Shown: in pieces, positions 8,638-20,999 of the stretch
Numbering within the stretch: the first letter of the stretch is position 1
Layout: each line of letters starts with the position of its first letter
From: an uncultured bacterium
GTDB taxonomy: Bacteria; Patescibacteriota; Minisyncoccia; Phycocordibacterales; PALSA-1337
Length of the DNA: 64,000 bases
Assembly (NCBI GenBank): GCA_963701025.1
Contig: OY969557.1
Span: 106,405-170,404 of the forward strand
Direction of reading: 5' to 3'
Program-made: the position numbers and the translations under genes
Notes under the pieces: model-generated
What the model was told of the DNA's origin: nothing
Database searches by the model: none
What the model saw: only the letters and a program-made list of their open reading frames with translations

Positions 8638-10203
8638 ATGAACGAGAAAAAATATTTCATCTACACCAGAAAATCAACAGACACCGAAGACAAGCAGGTG
8701 AGATCACTTGCCGACCAGCTCGCAGAATTACGCGAGCTTGCGAGGAAAGAACAGTTGGAGGTTATAGACATTTTCATCGAAAAACAAACTGCCAAAATAC
8801 CTGGCAGACCTATTTTTGCTGAAATGTTGGAGAGAATTGAGAAAGGCGAGGCCTCCGGCATCCTCGCTTGGCACCCCGACAGACTCGCTCGCAACTCGGT
8901 TGATGGTGGAAAGGTTATTTATCTCGTAGATACCGGCAAAATCACAGACCTTAAATTTCCGACTTTTTGGTTCGATGCTACGCCGCAGGGAAAATTTATG
9001 CTTTCAATTTCATTTGGCCAGAGTAAATATTACGTTGACAATCTATCGGAAAACATAAAGAGAAGTTATCGTCAGAAATTGAAAAATGGACTATGGCCAC
9101 AAAGAGCTCCGGTAGGATACCTTAATGACAAAAAGACCAAGTCCATTGTCATTGATCCTGAAAAAGCTCCATTGATTAAGAAGACATTCGAGGCATACGC
9201 CACAGGCACTTATACCATCTCTAGTCTTCGTAAAACTATAGGCGATCTAGGATTGAAAGGAAACAAAGGCAAAGAACTTGCCATGTCAAATTATGAACAC
9301 ATTTTGAAAAATAACATCTATCACGGACTTCTATATTTCGGAGGTGAATTTTACGAGGGGAAACATGAACCGATTGTTTCGAGGAAACTTTTTGACACTT
9401 GCCAGGAGGTTATGAAAATAAAAAGTAAACCTCAGCATGAAGGCAGATTGAAGCCGTATGTTTATCGAGGACTATTCAAATGTGCGGAATGTGGATGTTG
9501 TCTTACAATAGAAACGCAAAAAGGCCATAACTATTTACGCTGTACAAGACGCAAAGGTCCGTGTTCGCAAAAATATGTTCGCGAGGAAGCAATGACCGAA
9601 ATGATCAAAGAAGAACTTAAAAAAGTTTCTTTGTCCGATGAAGTCGCTGATTGGCTTATTGCCAAAGTCGAAAAGGAAAAGACCGAGGATGGCGATTTAT
9701 CAAAAGATCAGATTGAGAAAGTGAAAAGTGAAATGCTTGCAATCGACGCAAAGTTAGACAAATTGATGACAGCATACTTGGAAAATGCTCTTACGTTGGA
9801 AGAATACCAGTCGGCTAAAAACAAACTCATCACTGAAAAGCAGGTTTTGAAAGACAAACTTGAAGCTTTTGGACGAAACTCGACCAATCGGTTCGAACCG
9901 GTCATAAACTTTCTAAACGACTGTAAACAAGCCAGTATTTTGGCAAACAGCACTGACACAACAAAGATCCGATCTTTTTTCCAAAAAGTCGGTTCGAACC
10001 CGCTCGTCCGCGACCGCGCCCTCATTTTTTCGCCCCGTGCGCCTTTTGCATTTGTTCCCGCAATTCCCAAAACGGCCAACAAAAATGCGGGCGGGGCGGA
10101 AGGGGGGTTTCAGGGGGGAATTCCGCCCCGCTCTCCACTTGGTATTTGCATTTCGCCTTTTTCGGACGATTTTCAGTTTTCCGCGAATTTGTGCGCCCAG
10201 TAG
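8638..10203 (+). CDS. Large serine recombinase (integrase)
   Basis: YTRKST catalytic Ser, DRLARN, recombinase domain APVGY, zinc ribbon C..CG...YLRC...C, coiled coil. Confidence 0.95.
   Translation: MNEKKYFIYTRKSTDTEDKQVRSLADQLAELRELARKEQLEVIDIFIEKQTAKIPGRPIFAEMLERIEKGEASGILAWHPDRLARNSVDGGKVIYLVDTGKITDLKFPTFWFDATPQGKFMLSISFGQSKYYVDNLSENIKRSYRQKLKNGLWPQRAPVGYLNDKKTKSIVIDPEKAPLIKKTFEAYATGTYTISSLRKTIGDLGLKGNKGKELAMSNYEHILKNNIYHGLLYFGGEFYEGKHEPIVSRKLFDTCQEVMKIKSKPQHEGRLKPYVYRGLFKCAECGCCLTIETQKGHNYLRCTRRKGPCSQKYVREEAMTEMIKEELKKVSLSDEVADWLIAKVEKEKTEDGDLSKDQIEKVKSEMLAIDAKLDKLMTAYLENALTLEEYQSAKNKLITEKQVLKDKLEAFGRNSTNRFEPVINFLNDCKQASILANSTDTTKIRSFFQKVGSNPLVRDRALIFSPRAPFAFVPAIPKTANKNAGGAEGGFQGGIPPRSPLGICISPFSDDFQFSANLCAQ
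10009..10194. repeat. Arm B (attR side, inside the integrase 3' end), inverted copy at 8171-8356
   Basis: 186-bp reverse-complement match with about 3 substitutions by eye. Confidence 0.95.
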
Positions 10204-10264
10204 GGATCGAACCTACGACCTTATCCTTAAGAGGGATCTGCTCTACCAGCTGAGCTATGGGCGC
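10192..10264 (-). tRNA. tRNA-Lys(CTT)
   Basis: rc GCGCCCATAGCTCAGCTGGTAGAGCAGATCC-CT-CTT-AA-GGAT...GGTTCGATCCCTACTGGGCGCA. Confidence 0.95.
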
Positions 10265-10321
10265 GTAGCATGAATCTACCAGATTATTGCGCAAATCTCA
10301 ATCGTGTGTAATACTATCGCC

Positions 10322-10546
10322 ATGGTAAATCGCATGCGCGCAACGCGGTCGCACCGCAACAATAGGCGCTCTCACCACGCCCTCGATGCGGCGCGGGTGT
10401 CGAAGTGCGGCAACTGCGGCGCGGCGCACAAGAGCCACGCCATCTGCATGTCCTGCGGATGGTACAATGGCCGCAAGGTCCTTGACCTCGCCGGCAAGAT
10501 AGCTGCCAAGGCCGAAAGGGCAAAGAAGGCGGCTAGTAAGAATTAG
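10322..10546 (+). CDS. rpmF: 50S ribosomal protein L32
   Basis: RRSHHAL, CxxCG...SHAICxxCGWYNGR. Confidence 0.92.
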   Translation: MVNRMRATRSHRNNRRSHHALDAARVSKCGNCGAAHKSHAICMSCGWYNGRKVLDLAGKIAAKAERAKKAASKN

Positions 10547-10657
10547 TCTAATTCCTAATTAACCTAATTTCTAAGAAGAGGATTTAGGTCAATTAAAAAT
10601 TAGATCAATTAGAAATTTACAAGGGTTAGTTGTCATATCAAATGTTCTTTAATTAAA

Positions 10658-11565
10658 ATGGCCAATAGGCACTTATCACGGTCAGTAGTCCTCCAAGCCC
10701 TCTTCGAGTGGGACTTCCGCGGTCGGCATGACAAGGAGTCGAAAAAGATAGTCGCTCGCGACGCCAAAGAATTCGCCCCGGGAGTGAGCGACGTATCGTT
10801 CATGGAGGAGCTGATGAAAGGCATCCTCGGTAAAAAAGGCGAATTGGACGACATCATCGCCAAAGCCGCCCCGGAATGGCCGATAGACAAGATATCGCCG
10901 GTAGACAGGAACGTTCTGCGCATCGGCCTATACGAGCTCTTATTCTCCGACAGGGAAGAAGTACCGGCCAAGGTGGCCATCAACGAGGCTATCGAGCTGG
11001 CCAAGACCTTTGGCGGCGACACCAGCGGCAGGTTCGTCAACGGCGTCCTAGGCGCGGTCTATAAAGAGCTCGGCGAGCCAGGCAAGGATGCCCGGCCGGT
11101 CAAGAAAAAGAAAGCCGAAGTAGCCTACGAGGACATGCCCATACAGCATTTGGGCGGCGCGGTCGTCTATTCCCGGGACGGAACGGACGTCTACATGGCT
11201 TTCGTCCACGACATATTCGGGCATTGGACGCTGTCAAAGGGCAAGATACCGCCAGGCGTCGACCCCAAGGACGGCACCGTCGATAAAGTCAAAGAAGAGA
11301 TCGGTCTCGCCATCGAGATCATCGCCGACCTCGGCGAGAACGAGTACATCGCCAACGATCCGGAGATCGGCAAGATTCAGGAAGCAGGTGCATTATTATC
11401 TGGCCGAGTCCGCCTTCGAAAAGCTCGCTTTAGCCAAGAAACCAGGTCTCGACGATGCCAAAGTGGTTCAAACTCGCCGATATCCTTGAATTGAATTTTT
11501 ACAATGATATCTTGCCTATAGTGGCAAAAGCAGTCACCATTGTGAGTGAAGAGAAGAATTCGTAG
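10658..11565 (+). CDS. nusB: NusB fused to a C-terminal NUDIX-like domain (frameshift near 11380-11470)
   Basis: RHLSR..LQALFEWD, DRNVLRIG, VAINEAIELAK.F, FVNGVL; then GHWTLSKGK...VKEEIGL; another frame continues LNFYNDILPIV...* to 11565. Confidence 0.85.
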
Positions 11566-11599
11566 CATTCGGACACATTTGCAGATTCGTATTATATCT

Positions 11600-12298
11600 A
11601 TGAAAATAAACTTCGAATCACTAGCGGAGAAATTGAACGTCACTTTCAGCGACATATCCCTTTTGCGCACAGCCTGCACCCACCGCTCATATCTGAATGA
11701 GAATCGTGGCTCTGGCATGGAGCACAACGAGCGCCTGGAATTCCTCGGCGACGCGGTCCTTGAGCTCGTCGTCACAAGCTTCTTATTCAGAAAGTATCCG
11801 AGTAAAGCGGAGGGCGAGTTGACCGCCTTCCGGTCAGCCATAGTAAACACGGTAAGCCTATCCAAAGTCGGCGAGAAGATAGGCCTCAACGATTACATGC
11901 TCCTATCCAAAGGCGAGACCAAAGATACCGGCCGGGCCCGTTCCATCATCGTGGCCAATGCAGTCGAGGCCGTCATCGGCGCCATTTACATGGACGGCGG
12001 CTACAACCCGGCGGCCAATTTCATCTCCGAGCATATACTGGAGACCATAGACATAGACGAGATCGTCAAGAACAAATCTTGGATAGACGCCAAGAGCAGG
12101 TTCCAGGAGAAAGCCCAGGAGAAGAGCGGGCTCACGCCTACCTACAAGACCCTGAAAGAGACCGGCCCAGACCACGACAAGCAGTTCACTCTAGGCGTCT
12201 TCATCGGCGACGTGCAGATAGCCTCTGGCACCGGATTGTCGAAGCAGGAAGCCGAGCAGAGAGCGGCGGAGAAAGCGCTGGAAGCGAAGGGGTGGTAA
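11600..12298 (+). CDS. rnc: Ribonuclease III
   Basis: NERLEFLGDAVL signature and C-terminal dsRBD. Confidence 0.97.
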   Translation: MKINFESLAEKLNVTFSDISLLRTACTHRSYLNENRGSGMEHNERLEFLGDAVLELVVTSFLFRKYPSKAEGELTAFRSAIVNTVSLSKVGEKIGLNDYMLLSKGETKDTGRARSIIVANAVEAVIGAIYMDGGYNPAANFISEHILETIDIDEIVKNKSWIDAKSRFQEKAQEKSGLTPTYKTLKETGPDHDKQFTLGVFIGDVQIASGTGLSKQEAEQRAAEKALEAKGW

Positions 12299-12411
12299 TT
12301 GCCCCCTCGGTGCTTTTTGTACTCATAAAGAAAATATTTGAAGTGAGAGCGCGAAAAGTTAGTAGGTGGAAAGTCAGTAGGGAGAGCATGGTCTTTGTCA
12401 CGGGCATTTTT

Positions 12412-12506
12412 AAAATCGTATGATCATACGATTTTTACCTTTCGAATGAGATTATATGGCTCTATATCTTGCATTACACCTCATGAATCGTATGGATATA
12501 CGATTT
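12412..12506. promoter_or_regulatory. Three-site operator cassette, copy 1
   Basis: ATCGTAT-N4-ATACGAT palindromes at 12415 and 12487 with a degenerate middle site. Confidence 0.7.
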
Positions 12507-12631
12507 TGAAAACCGCTCCTTGGGAGAAGATACTGTTCCCATAGTCAAAATCGATTTCCCGTCCCACCTTATCCACTTCTTGCCTAAGGATTAAAAGGAT
12601 ACAATAAGAGAAACCCTCGACCTTTTTACTT

Positions 12632-12841
12632 ATGGCATCAGAACAAATGCTTACTGCGCCAACGCGCGTCACTGTCCTTCCTATTATCCCAGACTATCTG
12701 GGACACGCCGTGAATAATCATGCGTCCAGTCAACGGGACTTTTGCCCGGAAGTCCGGAGCCCGTGCCATCATGTGAGATCAGATTGCCATTACTGTCGCT
12801 TGAGACGAAATGGCCCTGAACAGTTAGACCTTCCCCTATGA
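12632..12841 (+). CDS. Small Cys/His-rich hypothetical protein
   Basis: 69 aa, CPEVRSPCHHVRSDCHYCR; TACAAT -10-like box upstream and T-tailed hairpin downstream. Confidence 0.4.
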   Translation: MASEQMLTAPTRVTVLPIIPDYLGHAVNNHASSQRDFCPEVRSPCHHVRSDCHYCRLRRNGPEQLDLPL

Positions 12842-12920
12842 TCCGAGAATCCTCGTTCTCCTCCGTTGAACACCGCATCGGGGGCTTTTTTTACGCCTCA
12901 ACAATGTTAAAATAGGACGC

Positions 12921-15206
12921 ATGTACCTGAAATCCCTGGAACTCTCCGGCTTCAAATCGTTCGCCAAGAAGTCGTCCCTGCATTTCACCTCCGACATCAC
13001 CGGCATCGTCGGTCCGAACGGATCCGGCAAGTCCAATATCGCCGAAGCCTTCAGATTCGTCTTGGGCGAGCAGTCAATCAAATCTCTTCGCGGTAAGAGG
13101 GGCGAAGACATGATCTGGAACGGCGGCGGCGATTCGTCGGCGGCCGGCGGGGGGGTCGGAGCGGCCAGAGCCAACCGCGCGTCGGTCAAGCTAGTATTCG
13201 ACAATTCTGGGAAGATGTTCCCGTCCATCGATTTCGACGAGGTGACGCTCGAGCGCGTCGTTCATCGCGACAACAGCAACGAGTATCTCATGAATGGCAC
13301 CCAAGTCCGCCTACGCGACATCGTCGAAACCCTGGCTTCCGCCCATATCGGTGCCAGCGGCCACCATATCATTTCCCAGGGCGAAGCGGACCGGATCCTG
13401 TCCGCCTCGATCCGCGAGCGCCGCGAGATGATCGAAGATGCCCTTGGCCTGAAAGTCTACCAATGGAAAAAATTGGAGAGCATCCGCAAGCTGGAGAAGA
13501 CCGAGGAGAACATGAAGCAAGTCGAATCTTTGCGCCGCGAGATCGCTCCGCATATCCGCTTTCTCAAGAAACAAGTGGAAAAAGTGGAGAAAGCCGAAGA
13601 GATGCGAAAGGAGCTGGTCGCCGTGTACAAGGAGTATTTCGCCAATGAAGAGCATTACCTGAAGTCGGAGAAAGAGCGATTGTCCGGCGAGATAGCCGGG
13701 CCGAAGAAAGAGCTGGCGGAATTGGACCGTGCCCTGGAGAAGGCCAAAGGCATACTCTCCGCTTCCAAGGACAAGGACAAAAAGAGCGACGAGGTCATAG
13801 CGCTCGAAGGCAAGTTAGCTTCCATTCGCGCAGAGAAAGACTCTGTGACTCGCGAGCTCGGCCGGCTCGAAGGCGAGATCGGGGCGAATAAGAGAGCCGT
13901 CGATAAAGAGCGCGAGAAGAGCACGAAGGAAGAATTCAAAACGGTATATTTGAAAGACGTCGAAGAGGTGATCGTCAAGGTGGAATCGCTGAAATCCATC
14001 GGCGACGCAAACAAATTGTTTACCGAGATCGTGTCTCTGCTCAAGAGCTTCATCGCCAAGCACCGCTCATCGACCGATTCGGGATTCATGGCCGAGACGG
14101 AGAAGGAGATAGCCGGCTTATCAAGACGGCGTAGCGAACTGGAAGCAATGCTCAAGTCCTCCGCCGGCGAAGAAGAGAAGCTCAAGCGCGACTACGACGG
14201 CCTCAAGTCGGCCATCGAGAAAGAAAAAGACACGAACCGCGACGCGGAGAAGGACGTCTTCAAGATCATCGCCCGGCAGAACGAGGTCAGGCACGCGGTC
14301 AATGATCTTTCCGGCAAGCTGTCGGCTCTGGCCCATGAAGAGGCGGCGTTCAAAAGGGAATTGGGAGAAGCCGGTACCATAGCCGGAAGAGAAGCGACCG
14401 AATATTCTTTGGGCAAAGTGCCGAATCAGATTGCGACGCGTGCTCAACAAGATGACCGCCGCCACAAGATAGAGAAGCTCAAGATCAGGCTGGAAGATTC
14501 CGGCGGAGCCGGCGGAGCCGAAGTTATGAAAGAGTATCGCGAGACCGAAGAACGCGACGCCTTTTTGGCTAAAGAGCTTGAAGATCTGGAGAAGGCAGGC
14601 GAGGAATTGCGCAAGCTCATAGCCGAATTGGATATACGCATCGACGTCGAGTTCAAGAGCGGTATCATGAAGATCAATGCCGAGTTCCAGAAATATTTCT
14701 CGCTCATGTTCGGCGGCGGCAAAGCCGAGCTTTCGACGGTGAAGGAGCCGAAGCGCAGGAAAAGGAGCGATACTGAAGATCTGGGAGACGTCTTATCGGG
14801 CATGGAGAAAGGAGAGAGGAGCATAGAAGAAGATTCGCCCGAGGATGGACCGGAAGGCCTGGAAGTCAATGTCAGCCTGCCTCGCAAGAAAGTGAAAGGC
14901 CTTATGATGCTCTCCGGCGGCGAACGGGCGCTCACGTCCATAGCTCTCATCTTCGCAGTATCCCAGGTGAACCCGCCCCCATTCATCATTCTGGACGAGA
15001 CCGATGCCGCCCTCGACGAAGCCAATTCCCGGAAATACGGCGACATGATCGAAGATCTTTCCAAACATTCCCAGCTTATATTGATAACCCATAACCGCGA
15101 GACTATGTCGCGCGCCGGCGTCCTCTACGGAGTCACCATGGGCGCCGACGGGGCATCCAAGCTATTGTCTATCGCTTTTGAGGAGGCGGTGAGAGTGGCG
15201 AAGTAA
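12921..15206 (+). CDS. smc: SMC-family ATPase (short form)
   Basis: GFKSF, GPNGSGKSN, LSGGERAL, LDETDAALD, ITHN. Confidence 0.95.
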   Translation: MYLKSLELSGFKSFAKKSSLHFTSDITGIVGPNGSGKSNIAEAFRFVLGEQSIKSLRGKRGEDMIWNGGGDSSAAGGGVGAARANRASVKLVFDNSGKMFPSIDFDEVTLERVVHRDNSNEYLMNGTQVRLRDIVETLASAHIGASGHHIISQGEADRILSASIRERREMIEDALGLKVYQWKKLESIRKLEKTEENMKQVESLRREIAPHIRFLKKQVEKVEKAEEMRKELVAVYKEYFANEEHYLKSEKERLSGEIAGPKKELAELDRALEKAKGILSASKDKDKKSDEVIALEGKLASIRAEKDSVTRELGRLEGEIGANKRAVDKEREKSTKEEFKTVYLKDVEEVIVKVESLKSIGDANKLFTEIVSLLKSFIAKHRSSTDSGFMAETEKEIAGLSRRRSELEAMLKSSAGEEEKLKRDYDGLKSAIEKEKDTNRDAEKDVFKIIARQNEVRHAVNDLSGKLSALAHEEAAFKRELGEAGTIAGREATEYSLGKVPNQIATRAQQDDRRHKIEKLKIRLEDSGGAGGAEVMKEYRETEERDAFLAKELEDLEKAGEELRKLIAELDIRIDVEFKSGIMKINAEFQKYFSLMFGGGKAELSTVKEPKRRKRSDTEDLGDVLSGMEKGERSIEEDSPEDGPEGLEVNVSLPRKKVKGLMMLSGGERALTSIALIFAVSQVNPPPFIILDETDAALDEANSRKYGDMIEDLSKHSQLILITHNRETMSRAGVLYGVTMGADGASKLLSIAFEEAVRVAK

Positions 15207-15280
15207 CGCGAGATTTAAAATGTGAAACGCGAAATATTCAAGCGCTTTACTTTTTTGAGTTTTCATTTTACACTAGCCCC

Positions 15281-16039
15281 ATGGATCATCTCTCTAAACA
15301 ACAGCTCGTCCTTCTAGCCCTCCTAGTGTCGTTCATGACTTCGCTCGCCACGGGTATCGTCACGGTATCGCTAATGGATCAAGCCCCCCAGGGCGTCACC
15401 CGCACGGTCTCCCAAGTCATCGAGAAAACTATAGAGCAAGTTTCGCCTCCGCAGAGCGCCTCCGTGGGCACGGTCACCTTGAGCGTCAATGACCAGCTGG
15501 CCAGCGCCGTGGCCTCTGTTTCGCCTTCCGTGGTCAAGATAGAAGACATGCGCGCCGGCGTCGTCGTCGGTCTCGGGCTCGTAGTTTCCGCCGAGGGCAC
15601 CATCATGACTGACAAGTCGCTCATAAGCCCGCTGTCATCTTACGAAGCGTTATTTTCCGATGGCACGACTGTGACGCTGAATGCCGCGCCTGTCAATGCC
15701 GCTTCGCCGCAGGCGGATGGCGACGTAGTTTTCCTCACGCCCGCATCGCCGTCGACGACCGCTTTTAGTACCATAACGTTGGCTTCGTCATTGGATCTTG
15801 GCCAGACGGTCTTCTCGCTCGCCGGCACTTCCACCGCCGTTCTCGGACAGGGCGTGATAACCGATCTGTCAGCCTCATCTTCGCCGATAGGCACTTCCAT
15901 TTCCGCTGATAAAGTCGTTACGGGCAGTCCGTTGTTCGATATCCGCGGAAACATCATGGGCATAAGGACGTCTTCATTGCCAGCCGGTTCTTTCGAGCCG
16001 GTTGCACCGCTTTTGTCTGCCATGCCGGTAATAAGATAG
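15281..16039 (+). CDS. Membrane-anchored trypsin-like (S1C/HtrA-like) protein, catalytic residues apparently degenerate
   Basis: SPSVVKI, GLGLVVS..G.IMTDK (His absent), GSPLFD..G.IMGI. Confidence 0.65.
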   Translation: MDHLSKQQLVLLALLVSFMTSLATGIVTVSLMDQAPQGVTRTVSQVIEKTIEQVSPPQSASVGTVTLSVNDQLASAVASVSPSVVKIEDMRAGVVVGLGLVVSAEGTIMTDKSLISPLSSYEALFSDGTTVTLNAAPVNAASPQADGDVVFLTPASPSTTAFSTITLASSLDLGQTVFSLAGTSTAVLGQGVITDLSASSSPIGTSISADKVVTGSPLFDIRGNIMGIRTSSLPAGSFEPVAPLLSAMPVIR

Positions 16040-16087
16040 ACCTCTAAATTTATTGCCGCAGATCGTTTTTCGTAGTACTATTTCACC

Positions 16088-18868
<2,781 letters not shown>

Positions 18869-18992
18869 GCTGGGGATTCAAGGACAATTAGGTCGTGAGT
18901 TTGGAATGTACGAAAATAGAAGCCACGATTTTTCATCATTCCATATTCCATTACCAGGGATGGATATCTCTGCCAGTAAGGTGTGGTTTTTG

Positions 18993-19086
18993 AAATCGTA
19001 TATCCATACGATTTGTCAGGTATAAGACACGATTTAGAGCCATACAATTTTACTTTTTGAGTACGAATCGTATGGTTATACGGTTT
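18993..19086. promoter_or_regulatory. Three-site operator cassette, copy 2 (inverted relative to copy 1)
   Basis: ATCGTAT-ATCC-ATACGAT at 18995, ATCGTAT-GGTT-ATACGGT at 19067, degenerate middle site TAGAGCCATA. Confidence 0.7.
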
Positions 19087-19227
19087 TAAAATGTGGGGTA
19101 ATAGGTGAAGGGTGTTCTTTCCTCGTGCCAAAACTCTCTTAAAATATAATCTATGTTTATGATAAAATGTTTCGCTCCGGCATTATCTTATTTGTATTAG
19201 CCATTATGCAAATCTGTATCAGCTACC

Positions 19228-19557
19228 ATGCAAAAGATAACTAATGAATTGAAGATAAATACCGGAAGCATGCTCGAATTTATCGTCCTCAAGATGCTTT
19301 CGGGAAAGACGTATTCCATAGGGGAGATATCCAAAGAATTAAAATCCATAGGCTTCAAAACCCCGATGGGCAGTTTATACCCGCTTTTGAGCAGGTTGCG
19401 TCAAAAAGATCAGATTATGAGCGGGTACGAAGATGGAGACACCACATTAGTCCTCAAGACCTACGATCTCACGGAAAAAGGTCGCCGCCGCCTGGCAGAT
19501 CTGCGCGGCGATTGGAAACGGTTGAACTCGCTCATTGCCAGTCTCGGAACTCGATGA
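19228..19557 (+). CDS. PadR-family transcriptional regulator
   Basis: G.LE..VL..L, GSLYPLLSRL, Y.LTEKGRRRL...W. Confidence 0.9.
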   Translation: MQKITNELKINTGSMLEFIVLKMLSGKTYSIGEISKELKSIGFKTPMGSLYPLLSRLRQKDQIMSGYEDGDTTLVLKTYDLTEKGRRRLADLRGDWKRLNSLIASLGTR

Positions 19558-19588
19558 TAGACTTCTAGTCGTCAGTTTTTAACGATAC

Positions 19589-19672
19589 GCGCAGGTGGCA
19601 GAGCGGTCAATTGCAATGGACTGTAAATCCATCGCCCTATGGGCTACGGGGGTTCAAATCCCTCCCTGCGCA
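19589..19672 (+). tRNA. tRNA-Tyr(GTA)
   Basis: GCGCAGG acceptor, ATGGA-CT-GTA-AA-TCCAT, long variable arm, GGTTCAAATCC. Confidence 0.95.
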
Positions 19673-19701
19673 CAGCATTGAAATATCACTTGGAGCGGAT
19701 T

Positions 19702-20952
19702 TCAGTCAACTATGACGCGCTTGAGATGCGCGGGGATCTTCACGGCGATCTCGTAGCTTATGGTGCCGCATTTTTTTGCTATCGAGACTATGGAATTTGG
19801 ATCAGTCGCATTGTTGCTGATAACGATGGCGGTATCGCCGATCTTCGCACCGCCGTGGACTTTCGATAGGCCGATCTTCGATATATCGATGGTGGTGATA
19901 TTCATGCTGACGCGTCCGATGATGGGGCAGGGGACGCGGCCGGGACCGACTTGAATAAAACCATTTTCGGTACTGCCAGCGCCGTCGATTCTACTTGAGA
20001 GGCGTCGATCGATGCCCTCGAAATAGCCGACGGGAATGGTGGCTATGGTCATATCCTCGTACGCTTTGAATGTTCTGCCGTAGCCGGCGCTTTCGCCGGT
20101 TTTGAGATCTTTCACTTGCGATATGACCGTCTTCATTTCCATGACCGGCCTAAGGTCGAGCTTAGCGGTCAAGGTTTGATTTTCCGATAAACCGTATAAG
20201 CCGATGCCGAGACGCGAAACATTAGCCTCGATGTCATGAGAGAAATAATGCCCGTCGGTCGCGGCAAGGTGCGTATATTTCAACGAAGGGAAAGCCTCGC
20301 GGAATTTCTTGGCTATACGATTCCAGATATGGATCTGTGATTCGGTGAACGATTCATCGCCGTTGTCGGCGTCAGAGAGATGCGAGCAGACGCCTTCGAG
20401 GATGATTGACGGATTATCTCGGATTATCCCAATGGCCTTTTCAGCTTCTTCAGGCATGATCCCTTGGCGCCGCATGCCAGTGTCTACCTTGATATGGACG
20501 CGCACGTTACTCCTGGCAACTGACAAGCTCTCCAGGCCGCCTAGGCTCGTCACGGTGAACGCCACATCGTGCAGACGCGACCGCATCATAGCCTCCGGCC
20601 GGGTATAGCCGATGATGAGAAGGGGAGTTTTTATGCGTCGTGCCCTCAAAGCCACCGCCTCGAAATATGAATCGACGATGAAGAAAGGGATGCCGTCCGA
20701 GTTTTTCTTGCCGCCTTTTTTTGCCGTCTTTTCCAATATATTCGCTACTTCTAGCAGGCCGTGCCCGTAAGCATTGCTTTTGAGCACCGGAGCGACTGCG
20801 CCCTTCGGAGCGAGAGTTGGCCTTGGAGCCAATTTCCTGAATTCGGCCAAGTTGTGCAGAAGACGGCTCTTTGATATCTCGACCGTGATGAGCGGCTCAT
20901 AGGGGAAACGCCGGCGCGACAGCCAGGTGAGGAGATTTTGCATATGTTGCAT
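19702..20952 (-). CDS. alr: Alanine racemase
   Basis: VLKSNAYGHG, HIKVDTGMRRQG, GRVSMN, TISYEI. Confidence 0.95.
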   Translation of the reverse strand: MQHMQNLLTWLSRRRFPYEPLITVEISKSRLLHNLAEFRKLAPRPTLAPKGAVAPVLKSNAYGHGLLEVANILEKTAKKGGKKNSDGIPFFIVDSYFEAVALRARRIKTPLLIIGYTRPEAMMRSRLHDVAFTVTSLGGLESLSVARSNVRVHIKVDTGMRRQGIMPEEAEKAIGIIRDNPSIILEGVCSHLSDADNGDESFTESQIHIWNRIAKKFREAFPSLKYTHLAATDGHYFSHDIEANVSRLGIGLYGLSENQTLTAKLDLRPVMEMKTVISQVKDLKTGESAGYGRTFKAYEDMTIATIPVGYFEGIDRRLSSRIDGAGSTENGFIQVGPGRVPCPIIGRVSMNITTIDISKIGLSKVHGGAKIGDTAIVISNNATDPNSIVSIAKKCGTISYEIAVKIPAHLKRVIVD

Positions 20953-20999
20953 TATGTTCCAACCTGGGTTATATTACAAGCTCGTTTCTCCATACCGCC

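Larger units (their letters stand above)
4114..10194. mobile_element. Integrative element with large serine recombinase, inserted at the 3' end of tRNA-Lys
   Basis: 7-bp core TTTGTGC at 4114-4120 and 10188-10194; recombinase runs into the tRNA; joining the two ends reproduces the internal copy at 7999-8356. Confidence 0.85.
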
